Under the pieces are notes generated by a model. That model did not search any database and was not told where the DNA came from. It saw only the letters and a program-made list of their open reading frames with translations. Source: Paraspadella gotoi (Eukaryota; Animalia; Chaetognatha). From it: a DNA stretch of 64,000 nucleotides. Within the stretch, counting starts at the first letter, position 1; every line of letters begins with the position of its first letter. The position numbers and the translations under genes are program-made. This document shows, piece after piece, positions 61,414-64,000 of the stretch. The stretch spans positions 17,011,030 to 17,075,029 of the forward strand of contig CM119269.1 in NCBI GenBank assembly GCA_051294375.1, given 5' to 3'.

Positions 61414-61696
61414 GCCTCTTATCGTCTCGCACCTCTCTCTTTCTATCTTTCTCTCTTTCTCTCTCTCCGCCCTCATTTTCTCGCCTTCTTTTCCTTGGAA
61501 AGTCAAAGTACGTTTTTTGGAAGCTTCAGTACTTTTCTAGTTCTAATCGTTGTCACTGGTCACTTTTATGATTAAAAATCGCAGATTTTCTTAAAAGTTA
61601 ATAAATCATAAATAATCTGCTCAAAGTTATTTTAAAAATCGTTGTATGTATTCGTTCTGATACTTTTTTTGACAATTCAGAAAAAAAGATACAAGA

Positions 61697-61800
<104 letters not shown>

Positions 61801-61919
61801 TTATTCCATTACAAAAGGGGGCCTAATCTCGGTTTCGGTGAATGAAGCCAATAAAAAGAGATGTTCTGATGTTCGAGTTCCGGGATAAACTCGAAAGTTC
61901 GAGAGGTCAAGAGTAATTG

Positions 61920-62418
61920 ACCACGACGAAGACGGAGCCTACGATGTCGACGACTAAGACGACGACGAAGACGACGAAGAAGAAGGCGACGAAGACGACG
62001 ATGACGACGACGACGAAGACGATGACTAAGACGACGACGAAGAAGGCGATGACGATGATGGCAACGATGAAGCGGCGATGACGATGGCGAAGACGACTAC
62101 GACGAAAATGATGACGATGTAGAAAATAATGATGACAATGTCAATGAAATGTCAATGAAATCGTTGTCAAATAGAGAAAATTAGCAGATGCGTTTGACAG
62201 TCATGCGGATGACAATATTGACGACCAAGTAAACTACCTGACGACAACGACGACAGCAACAAAGGCGATTAGGAGGACGAGAACGTCGACGAAAAAAAAA
62301 GCGACGACGACGAAGAAGAAGACGAAAGTCCCGAGTCGACGAAGCAAATCATTTAAATAACGGGATATCATTTCCGGTTTATCGGTGGGCGTCGGTGTCT
62401 TAACGACGACGGTGACGA

Positions 62419-62454
<36 letters not shown>

Positions 62455-62456
62455 AG
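61920..62456. repeat. Degenerate GAC/GAT/GAA low-complexity tract
   Basis: Interrupted trinucleotide repeats with stop codons; no clean ORF. Confidence 0.8.
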
Positions 62457-62575
62457 TCTGTTCTTTCACCGTCACGTCTTTCGATTCTTTTATTCTCTTT
62501 TCTAGAAAAATTCCTATTCGAATTCGTACGTATCCTTTTATACGATTTAAAAAGTTGATAATACGTAATACCACC

Positions 62576-62772
62576 TCATTGACAGGCTAACCAGGTTCTC
62601 TGGGAGTTAATAAACTAAGTAGTCTGTGAAAGAGTCTCGATTGAAAGCTTGCAAGGGCCTGCTGGGTTAATATCTTGTAAGAAGGAATCAGTCCTAAGTC
62701 CAAAGTCGGGGACAAGATAACTTATTTATTGTATGAATGGACAACTTTACATTGGTTGCACCAATTTTATAG
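62576..62772 (+). mobile_element. Diverged copy of the 52910-53119 repeat
   Basis: CCAGGT.CTCTGGGAGT.AATAAAC, GAGTCT.GATTGAAA.CTTGCA.GG.CCTGCT, TATCTTGTAAGA, GTCCAAAGTC.GGG.CAAGATA.CTTATTTATT and ATTGGTTG.ACCAATTT occur colinearly. Confidence 0.75.
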
Positions 62773-63029
62773 GAATTTTTGTTTATTGGCGCATGACATA
62801 AAAAAATAACTTTAAAAATGACTAAATCACAGAATTGTTATAGAAGAATACAAAGAGTCGTTAAAACAGTTACCATCATGAAACAATTAATCACTGAGTC
62901 AATGAGCATTTCGACTTTAGCCTCAGTTCTCTGCCTTTCTCCCACTTCCGCCCCCTCCCCCCCCCTTTTCCTTTTTGACTTTTGGACTTTTTCCGGTCAC
63001 CTCGGACTCTTCCGCGCGGGTTTTTTTTC

Positions 63030-63210
63030 ACGCCCCGCGAGGGACGCGCCGCGGGGGCTGCGAGGTCACGTGGCCCTGATGCCGCGAGGTCGCGCGCCCG
63101 GCACGCGCTCGACCGGGTCACGTGACGCGAGGATCGACGCGCGAGTCATTAGGCGCGTTTACGGTGCAGCGTCGATTTGCGCGTGCGCGAGGGGGGGGGG
63201 CGGGGTGGAG
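63030..63210. promoter_or_regulatory. CpG-rich putative promoter/enhancer with paired GTCACGTG (USF/TFE-type) E-boxes
   Basis: GTCACGTGGC at 63065-63074 and GTCACGTGAC at 63117-63126 in a very GC-rich patch; target gene not visible. Confidence 0.35.
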
Positions 63211-63484
63211 GTGAGGGTGGGTGATGGATGGTGGAAATCATAGGGGAAAGAAGTGATTATATTTTTAAATCTAATCTAATTTAATTATATATATATATTG
63301 ATTCACTGAATTAAATTTTTGTTTTTGTTTTTGTTTTTGTAAATGACATCAACGACGTCGCACTCATCGTCGTCTTTGTCGTCGTCGTCGCCTTCATCAT
63401 CATCATCTTCTTTGTCCACGTTTTTGTTCTTCAACTATGAGCGAGTTTGACTTTTTTGGTTCGCCTTTTGTTCGCTTCTTTCCA

Positions 63485-63550
<66 letters not shown>

Positions 63551-64000
63551 AGGGTCGCGTGGATCTCCATTGTGTTTCTCTCGAAGTCGCACGTGGACGA
63601 AGAGGATGAACCTTTTGAGCAAAGGTCATCCCGTCGAGGAAGACAACGACGACGACGACGACGACGACGACGTCGATAGTGCGATAACGTTAAACATACG
63701 AAATTGATCACCATTCGACTCGGATGTTCTAACAACTACTGGCCATTGAATGATTAGCTTATGAGATAAGTTTGTTGAATTTCGGCTTTTGAATCATTTC
63801 TTTCGCTGTGCTTAGAAACTTTTTGTTGACATACATTATAATTAGTCAATAATTGGTCAGAGTAAACAAAAGAACAAACGAATGGACAGATTCACGACAT
63901 TCTTTTTCTCCAATCCGTCCTTCATATTGCAAAGCGAAGCCACTTCTCTTCCTCTAATTCTAAATGCCAAAATTCGCCGCGTGAATTTTCATCTTCTCTT

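Overview
Eukaryotic (metazoan-like) genomic window with spliceosomal introns, CpG-rich exons, AT-rich transposon-filled introns and abundant (GA)n/(GAC)n microsatellites. Most ORFs in the supplied track are microsatellite artefacts or exon fragments. Manual splicing gives eight recognisable genes: selenoprotein MsrB1/SelR (in-frame UGA plus a type II SECIS), a LIV-1 ZIP4/ZIP12-like zinc transporter, a GOT1-like aminotransferase, a calcineurin B homologous protein, an intronless KDM8/JMJD5, a CLIC, TRAPPC9 and SSUH2. There is also a partial, unidentified secreted-protein gene at the left end. The most striking observation is the GOT1-like gene: it has an intact 8-exon ORF but has lost the PLP Schiff-base lysine (K258->A), both substrate arginines, Y70, W140 and Y225, making it a candidate pseudoenzyme. 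Also notable are AATAAA signals between the MsrB1 stop and its SECIS, a dispersed Penelope-like repeat with a degenerate hammerhead-like motif, GC-AG introns, and a sharp compositional switch inside TRAPPC9. Family calls rest on remembered motifs, not database searches, and exon boundaries were read by eye.
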